This document shows positions 35,031 to 45,985 of a stretch of 64,000 bases of DNA, piece by piece (position 1 is the first letter of the stretch; every line of letters starts with the position of its first letter). The notes under the pieces were generated by a model. The model had not been told where the DNA came from. It saw nothing but the letters and a program-made list of their open reading frames with translations, and made no database searches. A program made the translations under genes and the position numbers. Source of the stretch: Paramoeba atlantica (lineage: Eukaryota > Protista > Discosea); assembly GCA_977017575.1 (NCBI GenBank), contig CDRNVI010000054.1:558001-622000 (forward strand), written 5' to 3'.

Positions 35031-35996
35031 ATGCGGCGCTTAGCCCTACGCACTATCGTGCAGCTCACATGTTCGGATATTCAGGAACCGTCGACTAAAC
35101 GACGTGAAGTCGAAAGCCCAATACCTTCCAACACTCATTCTGCTGAAGAAACTACAAAGACGAGATCGCGTATTGCTAAAGTGAGCGCTGCGAATTTACC
35201 TCAAGAGTATCAACTCGTTCGTCTCCTCGCGGAAGTCCACAACTTGGACGAATCGTGGAGTCTTCACACGCCAGCATGCAAGTGGGAAGGTGTGAGTTGT
35301 AACGAGCGGGAAGAAGTCAGCCGCGTGGAATGGGGTCGACTACATTTGTCAGGTACTATGAACTTGGTTCATCTCCCACATAGTCTGTACGATTTTGCTG
35401 TGCCTGGGAACGCGCTAGAAGGGACAGTGCCGCTCACGCGCTTGCCTTCGGAACTGCGATCGCTAGCTCTGTACGTAAATCGGTTTGAAGGCGAGTTGGA
35501 CTTGACTTCTCTTCCGCACTGCTTCGAAGATTTGGCGTTAAATCACAACAGGTTCAATGGAATTGTGTGTTTGACGAGTCTGCCGGTCAATATGCAAAAT
35601 GTAGACCTTGGCGGAAATCGTCTTACCGGCTCACTTGATTTGACGAGCCTGCCCGCTAATATGCAAAGTGTAAACCTTAGCGAAAATTGTCTTACCGGGC
35701 CACTTGATTTGACTTTGCTTCCGCCTAACATATCGCAAGTATATCTCTCTGGAAATCAGCTGTCCGGCGAACTCGATCTCCGACAACTTCCTGCAAGTAT
35801 TTTTCGACTTGATTTGTCGCAGAATAAGTTTTCTGGTGATGTGGACTTGACGAACCTTCCATCTTTCTTGATGACTTTGGACTTATCAGATAATGTGGAC
35901 TTGTGTGGCAACATAACAAGATCGCCATTTCCTGAAGATATGCAAGAGTTCGGTTTGGGCGTATATAACACACAGATAAATGTAGGGGATTATTGA
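35031..35996 (+). CDS. LRR protein (321 aa; one repeat longer than its sister copies)
   Basis: AKVSAANLPQEYQLVRL, PACKWEGVSC and about 8 LRRs. Confidence 0.92.
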   Translation: MRRLALRTIVQLTCSDIQEPSTKRREVESPIPSNTHSAEETTKTRSRIAKVSAANLPQEYQLVRLLAEVHNLDESWSLHTPACKWEGVSCNEREEVSRVEWGRLHLSGTMNLVHLPHSLYDFAVPGNALEGTVPLTRLPSELRSLALYVNRFEGELDLTSLPHCFEDLALNHNRFNGIVCLTSLPVNMQNVDLGGNRLTGSLDLTSLPANMQSVNLSENCLTGPLDLTLLPPNISQVYLSGNQLSGELDLRQLPASIFRLDLSQNKFSGDVDLTNLPSFLMTLDLSDNVDLCGNITRSPFPEDMQEFGLGVYNTQINVGDY

Positions 35997-36229
35997 TTCA
36001 AATTAAAAGATAGAGAGAGTAAAGAGAATTTAAGGGGAATAAAGAGCATGATGAAGGGAATCAAAATGTATGGGCAGGGGTTTAGGGGGGGCTTCATTTA
36101 TTCAATAAATTTTGTCTTCTGTGATTTAATAGAAGTTGTCTTACAAAAACGTATTGTTTACTTTATGTACGTCGCATGTGGCTTCTTAACTCCGCAATTT
36201 CCAGTCCCAAGCTTGGGGCAGGTCTCTCA

Positions 36230-36790
36230 ATGACTGGGGTAGGATGGGGGAGTGCTTATTCGGTCGAGTTGTACGCCTTGAATTGGATGTGTCAGTCTTG
36301 TTGATGACATTCGAACCGTATAGGGCTGGACTTGGCATGCTGCAGGGCAGTTAGACATGGTGAAGTACCGCAACACTCTCATGTTCCCGCTGGTAGGCAG
36401 TAACATTGGATGTCACATGCTGGTTAGTTATGGGGAATTGGCCTCCCTTGGGTTGTGGCAAGTCGGCGGTGACATTGCCTATGTGACAATGTGACATTGC
36501 TAATGATTGGATGTCACATGCTGGCTATTTACGGGGAGTTGGACTCCCGTGGTTGGCGCTGGTAGGCTGTGACATTCGATTGTTCTGACGAGTGAGACCG
36601 CCATCGTCCCAATAATTGCCTCTCTGAAATAGGCATACCACGGACTCGAAACTCAGTGGCCTTCCCATGCCGCAATGAACGCATAGTCCATGTTCGAGTG
36701 TTATTCCAATTAAAGTGGTGGGTTGCATCATTTATAGTTTATTAGTCAAACGTCGATCCCACTTCGAGAACAATAATGAACCTGGATTGC
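36230..36790 (-). mobile_element. Tyrosine-recombinase retroelement (DIRS/VIPER/TATE-like) 3' fragment
   Basis: An alternative frame reads TWTMRSLRHGKATEFRV...LLGRWRSHSSEQSNVTAYQR (SLRHG, GRW and catalytic-like Y), followed by short direct repeats. Confidence 0.7.
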
Positions 36791-37848
36791 CCTTCGCAAG
36801 GACCTTCCATTAACCACTGTATACCGTACTATCACTATCGCCTTCGCCATCCCCTTCATTTTACCCTTCATTATCGCCATGGTCATCCCATGATTCCGGT
36901 TTTCCGCGTTTCTTAGTGGGGGGGAGGCGCAGTGGCCGCCGTTTGAAAAACAACTAGTGGCTGGATCGGGACTTTCATATTCACGAGAATAGCAGGCCGA
37001 GGCAAATGAAGTGTGTCCTAGGGGCTAACTGACGATGAATGCACAGCATGGACTGTAATACCCCGTGACAACATCCACTTCCTTTCGGTAACCTCGGTCT
37101 CCTTTAAGCCTGCTATACCGGCCCAAAGCCCGGAGCCACGTACCAGTTCGACGGTGCGGTGGAAAGGTGGTGGAAAGAGAAATCGTAATCAAAAGAATTT
37201 GTAAAAAAATCTACTATCTAAACTTGTTTAATACTAAACTATGTTCCAGGATAGTATACCCATGCCCACTTAGTATACCTAGCCCCCCCTCCCAGCAACA
37301 GGAGCGGGAGACATACCTTTTTTAGAAGCGACAGATCCACTTTCTAGCCATCACACGGCAAGAAATCGCATTTTAAGGTCAAGGCAACATTTTTCTAGCA
37401 ACTACAGATAAATTAAATATAATTATAAATTATTTTTTGCTTTTTAGACAAAATTTAGTATACCCATACATCTCCCTAGTACGGATAGTACGGTACTTCA
37501 TAATACGGTACTTCATAAATGTTTTGTGATGAAGCGGGACCTTGACTATGAATTTCAATCAAAGAAAGCTCGTCTTTTTTATTGGTAAACAATGATGGGA
37601 TTATGAACAATGATGGGATATGATGGGAGTATGTAATGTTGGGATCGTAGAGTTCTACGGAAGAAATTGGAAAGCAGGATTCGGAGCTCGTTAGCTTCAA
37701 CGTCTCCACCAGCGTCCCCTTCATCATCCCCATCATCGTTCCCTTCGTCATACCCTCCATCCCCTTTATCATTCCCCTCATTATCCCCATCATCCGCTTC
37801 ACTCTCTGGGATTCTTTTTACCCCGTAGACGCATGTCTTCAGCTTATA

Positions 37849-38277
37849 CCGTATACCCCCCCAGGAAGAGAGATTTGGCTCTTTTTGGGCTGACCCCCAG
37901 TAAGAGAGATTTAGCCCTTATTCTGGGCAATCAAATGAGGTTGAAGCACAGAGAAGAAAACGCACAATCAAAAACAAAGAGTCAATATTTTATATGAAGC
38001 ATATGAAAATCAAATATAGTTGGGCTGGAGTCTTGGACAACGCTTTCTAACGCAAGTTGTATGCGAATGTCCGTTGTCATAACTTAAAAAAAGTAGATGA
38101 AATGAAATCAATGACAGAATGACAATTTCTTTTAGACAGAACTATTCGAAAAAGAGAAAAACTCTAAAAAAAAGGTTGTCAAAAAAGTTTGGAGAAAAAA
38201 GAAAACTGGCCTAAAAAGCAGAACCCCCCAGTAAGAGAGATTTGGTCAAAACCCACTCTTACTGGGGGGTTGTACGG
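37849..38277. mobile_element. MITE (second copy at 47046-47474)
   Basis: TA|ccgtatacccccc-aggaagagag ... ctcttactggggggttgtacgg|TA. Confidence 0.65.
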
Positions 38278-38459
38278 TAGTACCCCATTGGGGTGCAAAG
38301 GAACCTTCCTAGGCAATAAAGAAAAAGTTTCTGTAACTTTTCGTTCCCTTGCTTTTTTTGGCGATGGACCCCGCTAGATATCTGTCGCATTTTGACCCCC
38401 GTAATTATGTGTCACACCCACACCTGTAAAATTATTAATAATTTTTCCTTCTAATAATA

Positions 38460-38565
38460 CTGTCCTCCCTCCCCTTAAGCGCACACGGTCAGACCCCCCC
38501 CGTTTAAGCGCACTTTTCTAACTACTAGGTGAGGAAAACTAGGTGCGCTTAAACGGGGGGGACAG
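38460..38565. mobile_element. ~105-bp MITE (second copy near 47659-47763)
   Basis: TA|ctgtcc...ttaagcgcac ... gtgcgcttaaac-gggggggacag|TA. Confidence 0.6.
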
Positions 38566-38727
38566 TAATTATTATTAAAGAATTATTAATAATTATTAAA
38601 GTACATCCTAATGCCGAAAAGTATGGACCATATTCGCGTCGAGAACTCTCCTTTGCAACAAAACTCAGGTGAAACGGACCCAAGGACAAAAACAGGAGGT
38701 GTCCTGATATTGGCGATCCCCCCTGTA

Positions 38728-39597
38728 TTAGGCTCTTCGTTAAACGCGGTGGTTGCTTTCAACTTAGAAGTCACTCATGCTGCGCGCTTCGCGTTGAAAA
38801 ATCCCGCCGCGTTTAACGAAGAAAATTTAGCCTGGAAAACGGAAAGATTATAGCCAAAAATAGCCGAATTTCGGGTACAAATGGGGTCATTTTCGCATAT
38901 TTTTGCTCTCAGAGCACTAAATCCGACATTTGCACGTGGGAAATCACTCGCAGGCATAAATGAAAGCCTACCGAACGTATTGGGTAGAGAATACGACTCC
39001 AACCATACCATTCTTTCGACACAAAAATGCCCCTTTAGGTCCGAAAAATACTTTTTCACCTTTTTTAGTCAAAAAAGGGTCATTTTGGGGGGCGCACCAC
39101 AGTTCGAAGAAGTGATACCTTGCGAAAACAACTGCGTAGAAAGCTAGTGTAGGTCCCAAACTGTCAAAATACAATAGGGGAAACGATTTTGGAAAAATAT
39201 TTTTTTTGTCATTTTTTTCGCCAAGTTAAAATTTTTTTCAAAATTTTTTTTCCGAAAAAATCCGAACTTGGCGGACCCGTCCTGCGGATACGCGGGGGGG
39301 TCACCCCCGGGTAGGGGGGTGGAAAATGCGCGCCAAGACCCCGGCTACCCTTTCTGCGGTTTTTTTTCGAAAATTAATGTTTTCGAAAAAAATTGCTCGA
39401 CCATGCCCCCCCCCCCTGGACCCCCCCATGGACCCCCCATTTTTTTCAAATTTTTTTCTCAGTTTTGGACCACCGGAGCCCCCTTTTATATTTTTTTCTT
39501 CTATTATATTACTGTGTTCCCCTTTATATTTTCACTGTTTTTGTTCACTTTTTTTTCAATAATCGAGTGTAGAGCGGTAGTTTTACAACCACCGCAA
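38728..39597. repeat. ~0.87-kb dispersed non-coding repeat (other copies 40163-40445, 60146-61027, partial 6700-6807)
   Basis: 5' palindrome cttcgttaaacgcgg...ccgcgtttaacgaag. All four copies end gcggtagtt(t/a)tacaaccaccgcaa|t. Confidence 0.85.
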
Positions 39598-39679
39598 TGT
39601 ATGTATAATACATCTATGTATGTATATATAATGTATGTATAATTTATAACCATAAGTATTGCCCTGTATGTTGTAGTTG

Positions 39680-40162
39680 AGACAGCTGCCACAAACTGTT
39701 TTTGCGTATGCAAAAAGCAGTAGAACTCCTGCAAAAGCACAATGCAATACTTGGCGGGAAGGTTACCATACGACTCAGCGAAGAGCAATGGCGACAGGTT
39801 GAAGCGAGAGCAAGTGCACGTTGCAACGAACTTCTAAGCGATACAACGGACAGGAAGACAGCTATACGTAACGCGGAACTTCTTAGCGCCGCCCTAGCCG
39901 TATCTGCTTGCGAAATAGCGACGGAAGCGAATCCGACAAGGGGCTTCCTCATCAGAGCTAGCACCGGACACGCCCGACGAAGGTATCGACCACTCGCCAC
40001 GGAGAGAGTCGCACAAGAACTGAAACACCATCTCACAACCTTGAAAACTTCGCTACGCTATACGAGAAGTAGGACGGAACGAGACGAATTACGAGCACAA
40101 ATCAAAGAATGTCGAAAGCTAGTCAGGATACGTGAGGAAGAAGCGACGAAACAAAGAGAAGG
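39680..40162 (+). mobile_element. Internal fragment of a second R2-like subfamily
   Basis: ELLQKHNAILGGKVTIRLSEEQW...AIRNAELLSAALAVSACEIA aligns with LLEQHKTITGGKMCLKLNDDQW...AVKNAELLGASLAVAAYEIA of 18062. Confidence 0.85.
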
Positions 40163-40445
40163 GGGGTGGAAAATGCGCGCCAAGACCCCGGCTACCCTTT
40201 CTGCGGTTTTTTTTCGAAAATTAATGTTTTCGAAAAAAATTGCTCGACCATGCCCCCCCCCCCTGGACCCCCCCTATGGACCCCCCATTTTTTTCAAATT
40301 TTTTTCTCAGTTTTGGACCACCGGAGCCCCCTTTTATATTTTTTTCTTCTATTATATTACTGTGTTCCTCTTTATATTTTCACTGTTTTTGTTCACTTTT
40401 TTTTCAATAATCGAGTGTAGAGCGGTAGTTTTACAACCACCGCAA

Positions 40446-40670
40446 TAAGGTTTCAATACTGGTGGCAGAGGCAAAGTTCATCCACTTCTTGATATGGTGG
40501 GTGGTTCTCTTTTGTAGCCTCTCAATGAATGAGTAAGGCTGGCATGAACAACGAATGAAAGCGCAATTTGGATAGGACGGCGTGTTGGTAGATCCATAGT
40601 TTGGATGAGAACCTTTGGATTAAACCCGTAGTGGATTAGGAGGTTTCTGAAGGCCTCCTTGACCTCCTTC
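40446..40670 (-). mobile_element. R2-like/CRE-like chimeric junction fragment (second copy 47924-48150)
   Basis: Colinear with 13248-13490, including the same R2-to-CRE junction. Confidence 0.85.
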
Positions 40671-40821
40671 TACATAAAATAAGGGAACACTAATTAAGGG
40701 AATAATTTTTTTTGAAAACCATTTTCCCTTAATTAGTGTAATTCTTAATTAATGTTTCCACGGTATATCTCATTTTTTGTTATAATTTATAATTTATAAA
40801 AATTAATGAGAGGAAGAGTAT

Positions 40822-42920
40822 GGTGTCGCCACCGCCGCTGGCGCCGAACGCATGATTCATCTCTGTCGTCAGACGGTGACCAAGCATGCTGACGACCCAG
40901 ATTTCGTCCTGTGCAAAATTGATCTCTCAAACGCGTTTAATGACGTCTCAAGATCCGCCTTTCCCTCCTTGACTCAGAAGCACTTTCCTAACCCCCTCTC
41001 TAAATGGGTAGAATGGTGTTACGAAACGGACAGCTACGTCACCTTTGGGCAACACATTCTGCACTCCGCAGAAGGCGTTCAACAAGGCGATCCCTTGGGA
41101 CCGCTCCTTTTCTCCCTCGTAATCCATCATCTCGCGCAAATTATTAACGCTGAGTTTCCTGAAGAACTTTTCCTCCATGTCTGGTACCTTGACGACGGGG
41201 TACTTGCCGGCAAGGCGGCGCTCGTCAAGCAAGCCCTCGAAGTCATTGAGCAGGAAGGTCGACAGCTCGGACTCCTTCTTAACACTCAGAAGTGTGAAGT
41301 GACCCTACACCCCCCGTCCGCACACCTCGTGACTTTATTGATCCCTGAGATCCCATAACAAAGAATTCTCTTCGATGGCAATTTCAGCATCCTAGGCAGC
41401 CAGGTGGGATCCGCGCAATACTGTAGTGATTACCTCCGCGAACACGCCTTGGCCCCAGCATTGTCCACACTTAGCGCTATAAAGAAAATCGCCGATCCCC
41501 AAGTGGCGTTAACCCTCATCCGCCAGTGCTCTGGCTTTTGTCAGCTCGTCTTCTCCCTCCGCACCACAGCCCCTAAACCCCTATTAGATCTATGTTTGCG
41601 TCTCGACACCGCGGTGCTACAAGTTTTAGAGGACGCACTTTGCTCACTCGATCCTTCCGGATGCGCTCAGCGCTCAGCGCAGAAAAAAATATGGCGGTTT
41701 TGGACTTCCTCTTCTCTTTTCTACTCAGCGGGGTACGCTTCCTCAGTCTCCTTCGCAGCCAGCCAAGACGGATGGGATGCACTGGATGCAGAAGAATTCC
41801 GGGAGGCAATGACCCACGTAAACGAACTATCCGGAAGACCTCTCATCAACGTCCATACAGGGTACCTCTTACCAGAGGATCCTGAGTCCCCCCGGCAAAT
41901 CCAACACCACCTAAAGACCAACTAAAGAAAACACCAACTAAAGAAAGATGGCTTTCTCAAAGTGGGGATGGGGCCGCAAACTGGGCCTTTGCTCTCCCAT
42001 CCAAAGAGCTGGGGTACGCCCTTATCCCTACGGAGTTCCGCGCCCTGGCCCGTTGGTGGCTCGGGGCAGACGTCCACAATGCCCCCCGCCCTTGCCCTAT
42101 GGACAAGTGTAGCCAACCGCTAGGCCGAACCAGATGGCAGGCACGCCCTAGCTTGCAAAAGTGGCTACGGTCTACTTTCTCGGCACAACGCCCTGGTCGA
42201 CCACTTCTACGACGTGTGTACCAAGGCGCACTTCGCCCCACAACGAGAGGTTAGCCTACGGCCCTGGCGGTTGCCCCACCCGACCAGGAGACGTATTCCT
42301 CCCGAACTTTGGCCTAGCTACCGGCTTGGTATTGGACTTCTGCGTTACCCACGTTCAGTAACCCACATACATATAGTATATGTATGCTCGGGTATATGTA
42401 TGCTCGGGCATGTGTAATCACTTGGATATGCGCAAAACAAAGAAGGTTTATGAAAAATAATCAACATGTTCGTGGGATGTGTACCTCCCCAGAAAGTGTT
42501 CAATGCGTTCTATGTGTTCAATGGAAAAAAAAAGTGTTCATAGAACACATAGGTATATTATACGGACTGAGTCCGAGGTGCTAACGTGTGGAAAGCGGGA
42601 TCCTTTGCCGAGCGGTACGCTACGGAGCACAAACGGAGCGCCTCGAGGCTGAATCCCAAGGGTACAGATTCACCGCTATGGCAGTGGAATCCTTCGGATC
42701 GTGGTCCGACAGCGCGCAGGCCATTCTCCGTGAGGTCGCCGAGCGTCGCTCAGCCGCTTCACAGGGCACTCTTTCGAGAGGAAAGGCCTTCCAACGCCTC
42801 CTCACGGAAATGAATGTGACTCTAATGCGAGCCCAAGCGCGCATGCTGGTAAGTCGGATGCCCGCAGAGAACTTGCGTCCTTCGTTGCGCACGTGAGGAC
42901 GTGAAAATAATGGAAATATG
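40822..42920 (+). mobile_element. 5'-truncated CRE-like non-LTR retrotransposon, second family, decayed
   Basis: GVATAAGAE, KIDLSNAFN, GVQQGDPLGP, WYLDDG, HNALVD, RPGDV and AVESFGSW motifs. Stops, frameshifts and a ~220-bp insert near 42370-42585. Confidence 0.85.
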
Positions 42921-44279
42921 TGTGAAGCTTTAAGCGTAGTAAGTTGGAAAAAAAAGGATTTACTTTCCACGCTTCTTTCCTTGAATCTAGAACGTAGTAG
43001 TTTCTCAGGCAACGTTCCGTTAGAACTATTGCCTGGTCAGCTGGAAAAACTGGACCCGAATACTTTTTCGTGATGCTAGATTTCGGGACCGTGCCGAAAA
43101 CCGTGGTCAAACTGAGTGTCTCCCGCAATCAGTTTGCAAAGATCTTGTGATCAAAGCGGATGGATGACGTTCTGAGAGTGATGAATAGAACAACTTGTAG
43201 GTCATCATAATACACACAAGAACAATTTGTAGGTCGTCGTCGTCGTTCTCAAAATAGATAACGCACACGAATTTATAACGCGCACGAATAAAGCGAAAGT
43301 ATAAAATCACAAAACAAATACCTAAAAAAGACTATTTAAAGTGCATTAAATTCAGTAACTCGAATTTTCAGGAATTAATTTTCAGGAATTGAATTTCTGC
43401 AGGATTAGACGAGGATACACCCCCTTATCCTTGACGGAAAATAAGGCGGCAAGAAAAATAGTCAGTGTTTGCTTTTCATTCGTCCGAACGACTTTGACTG
43501 AAATCACGCCCACTGGCGCTAAATTTTTCCCCTTCAGTTCGCCGTCGACGCTAGCGCTAGTTTTATCTCCGAAAATAACATAGCTGTTCTGACGAACATC
43601 GTGCTGCGAGTACAGATGATGCGACCATCGTCTTATTCGTTGATCAATATCTGCCGGCGTGATAGCTTGAGTTTTTCCAAAAGTTCGTCAAGTCCATCAA
43701 AACACGTAACGACTCATCAACTGGAGCACCCTATTTCGAGTGATAGGGATATGACCATTCCACAGACCGAGAAGGGTTTCATGAAACTTTACCATAAAAT
43801 CTTGTCGCGAGCTATTGAAGGCTCGCTCACGCTTCCGGTCGCGACCTCCACGATTCATTCTTGATTGATAATCTTTTTCTCCGACTCGCTTTATTTTCCA
43901 TATGGTCTCCTCGGCAATATTATGACTTCGCAAGTTTTGATACGGAAGACGAAATAATTTTCAGGAGAAGTTTTCTATAGTTCCTAAACAAGGTCTTGCA
44001 GCTTTTTTATACACTATTTTACACTCGGATAGCTATGCACCGGAAAAACGCCGCTGCTTCTTTCATCGGCGGATTTCATAAAAAAATGCCCCCCCCCTAA
44101 ACAAATCTTTGGCCTTTTAGACAAAATAGCCCTATCAAAGGGGGGGCGGGCACGCGTAGCCCTATTAAAGTTTATGTCTCTTTTCCACGAAACGTAGTGA
44201 CTGATAACTACGGGGTACAGTACATTCATAGAATTATTTTTTATTTTTTAGAAAACAATAATATACATTCTAACTTTAC

Positions 44280-45176
44280 ATGCTACACTTAACGCTACAA
44301 ACGATCGTGCGGCTCACATGTTCGGATATTCAGGAACCGTCGACTAAACGACGTAAAGTCGAAAGCCCAATACCTTCCAACACTCATTCTGCTGAAGAAA
44401 CTACAAATACGAGATCGCGTATTGCCAAAGTGAGCGCTGCGAATTTACCTCAGGAGTATCTACTCGTTCGTCTCCTCGCGGAAGTCCACAACTTGGACGA
44501 ATCGTGGAGTCTTCACACGCCAGCATGCGAGTGGAAAGGTGTGAGTTGTAACGAGCGGGAAGGAGTCAGCTACGTGAGATGGACCCAACGAGATTTGTCA
44601 GGTACTATGAACTTGATTTATCTCCCACATAGTTTGTACGATTTTGATGTGTGTCAGAACGCTCTAGAAGGGACAGTACCGCTCACGCGCTTGCCTTCGG
44701 AACTGCGATCACTAACTCTGTACGAAAATCGGTTTGAAGGCGAGTTGGACTTGACTTCCCTTCCGCTCTGTTTCGAAGATTTAACCTTGCATAGCAACAG
44801 ATTCAATGGAACTGTATGTTTGACGAGTCTTCCGGCTAGTATGCAAAGTGTGAACCTTCGCGAAAATCGTCTTACCGGGCCACTTGATTTGACTTTGTTT
44901 CCGCCTAACATATGTCAAGTAAATCTCTCTGGAAATCAGTTGTCCGGCGAACTCGATCTCCGACAACTTCCTTCGGGGATTCGGCACCTTGATTTGTCGC
45001 GCAATATGTTTTCTGGTGATGTGGACTTGACGAACCTTCCATTTTCATTGATGGGTTTGGATTTATCAGATAATGTGAACTTGCGTAGCAATATAACAAG
45101 ATCGCCATTGCCTGAAAATGTGCAAGAGTACGGTTTGTGCGTATATAACACACAGATAAATGTAGGGGATCATTGA
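44280..45176 (+). CDS. LRR protein (298 aa)
   Basis: STKRRKVESP, LPQEY, PACEWKGVSC and 7 LRRs. Confidence 0.92.
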   Translation: MLHLTLQTIVRLTCSDIQEPSTKRRKVESPIPSNTHSAEETTNTRSRIAKVSAANLPQEYLLVRLLAEVHNLDESWSLHTPACEWKGVSCNEREGVSYVRWTQRDLSGTMNLIYLPHSLYDFDVCQNALEGTVPLTRLPSELRSLTLYENRFEGELDLTSLPLCFEDLTLHSNRFNGTVCLTSLPASMQSVNLRENRLTGPLDLTLFPPNICQVNLSGNQLSGELDLRQLPSGIRHLDLSRNMFSGDVDLTNLPFSLMGLDLSDNVNLRSNITRSPLPENVQEYGLCVYNTQINVGDH

Positions 45177-45419
45177 TTCAAATTAAAAGATAGAGAGAGT
45201 AAAGAGAATTTAAGGGGAATAAAGAGCATGATCAAAATGTATGGAATCAAAATGTATGGGCGGGGGCTTAGGAGGGGCTTCATTTATTCAATAAATTTTG
45301 TCTTCTGTGATTTAATAGAAGTTGTCTTACAAAAACGTATTGTTTACTTTATGTACGTCGCATGTGGCTTCTTAACTCCGCAATTTCCAGTCCCGAGCCT
45401 GGAGTAGGTCTCTCAAAGA

Positions 45420-45985
45420 CCGGGGGAGGATGGGGGAGTGCTTATACGGTCGAGTTGTACGCCTTGAATTGGATGTGTCAGTCTTGTTGATGACATTCGA
45501 ACCGTATAGGGCTGGACTTGGCATGCTGCAGGGCAGTTAGACATGGTGAAGTACCGCAACACTCTCATGTTCCCGCTGGTAGGCAGTAACATTGGATGTC
45601 ACATGCTGGTTAGTTATGGGGAATTGGCCTCCCTTGGGTTGTGGCAAGTCGGCGGTGACATTGCCTATGTGACAATGTGACATTGCTAATGATTGGATGT
45701 CACATGCTGGCTATTTACGGGGAGTTGGACTCCCGTGGTTGGCGCTGGTAGGCTGTGACATTCGATTGTTCTGACGAGTGAGACCGCCATCGTCCCAATA
45801 ATTGCCTCTCTGAAATAGGAATACCACGGACTCGAAGCTCAGTGGCCTTCCCATGCCGCAATGAACGCATAGTCCATGTTCGAGTGTTATTCCAATTAAA
45901 GTGGTGGGTTGCATCATTTATAGTTTATTAGTCAAACGTCGATCCCACTTCGAGAACAATAAGGAACCTGGATTGCCCTTCGCGA
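45420..45985 (-). mobile_element. Duplicate tyrosine-recombinase retroelement fragment
   Basis: Near-identical to 36230-36790. Confidence 0.7.

Larger units (their letters stand above)
32265..38725. mobile_element. 6.46-kb composite element bounded by ~100-bp Tc1-type TIRs, carrying an LRR gene
   Basis: Left TA|cagggggga-tcaccaatatcggtacacc; right ggtgtcctgatattggcgatcccccctg|TA. The flanks rejoin to gaggtaTAtaag, the uninterrupted host sequence at 13241-13253. Confidence 0.72.

Noticed and set aside
37476-37802. Met/Gly-rich ORF (copy at 46688-46999)
   Set aside because: It is the translation of a ccccttcat-type low-complexity repeat also found at 36830 and 53950.
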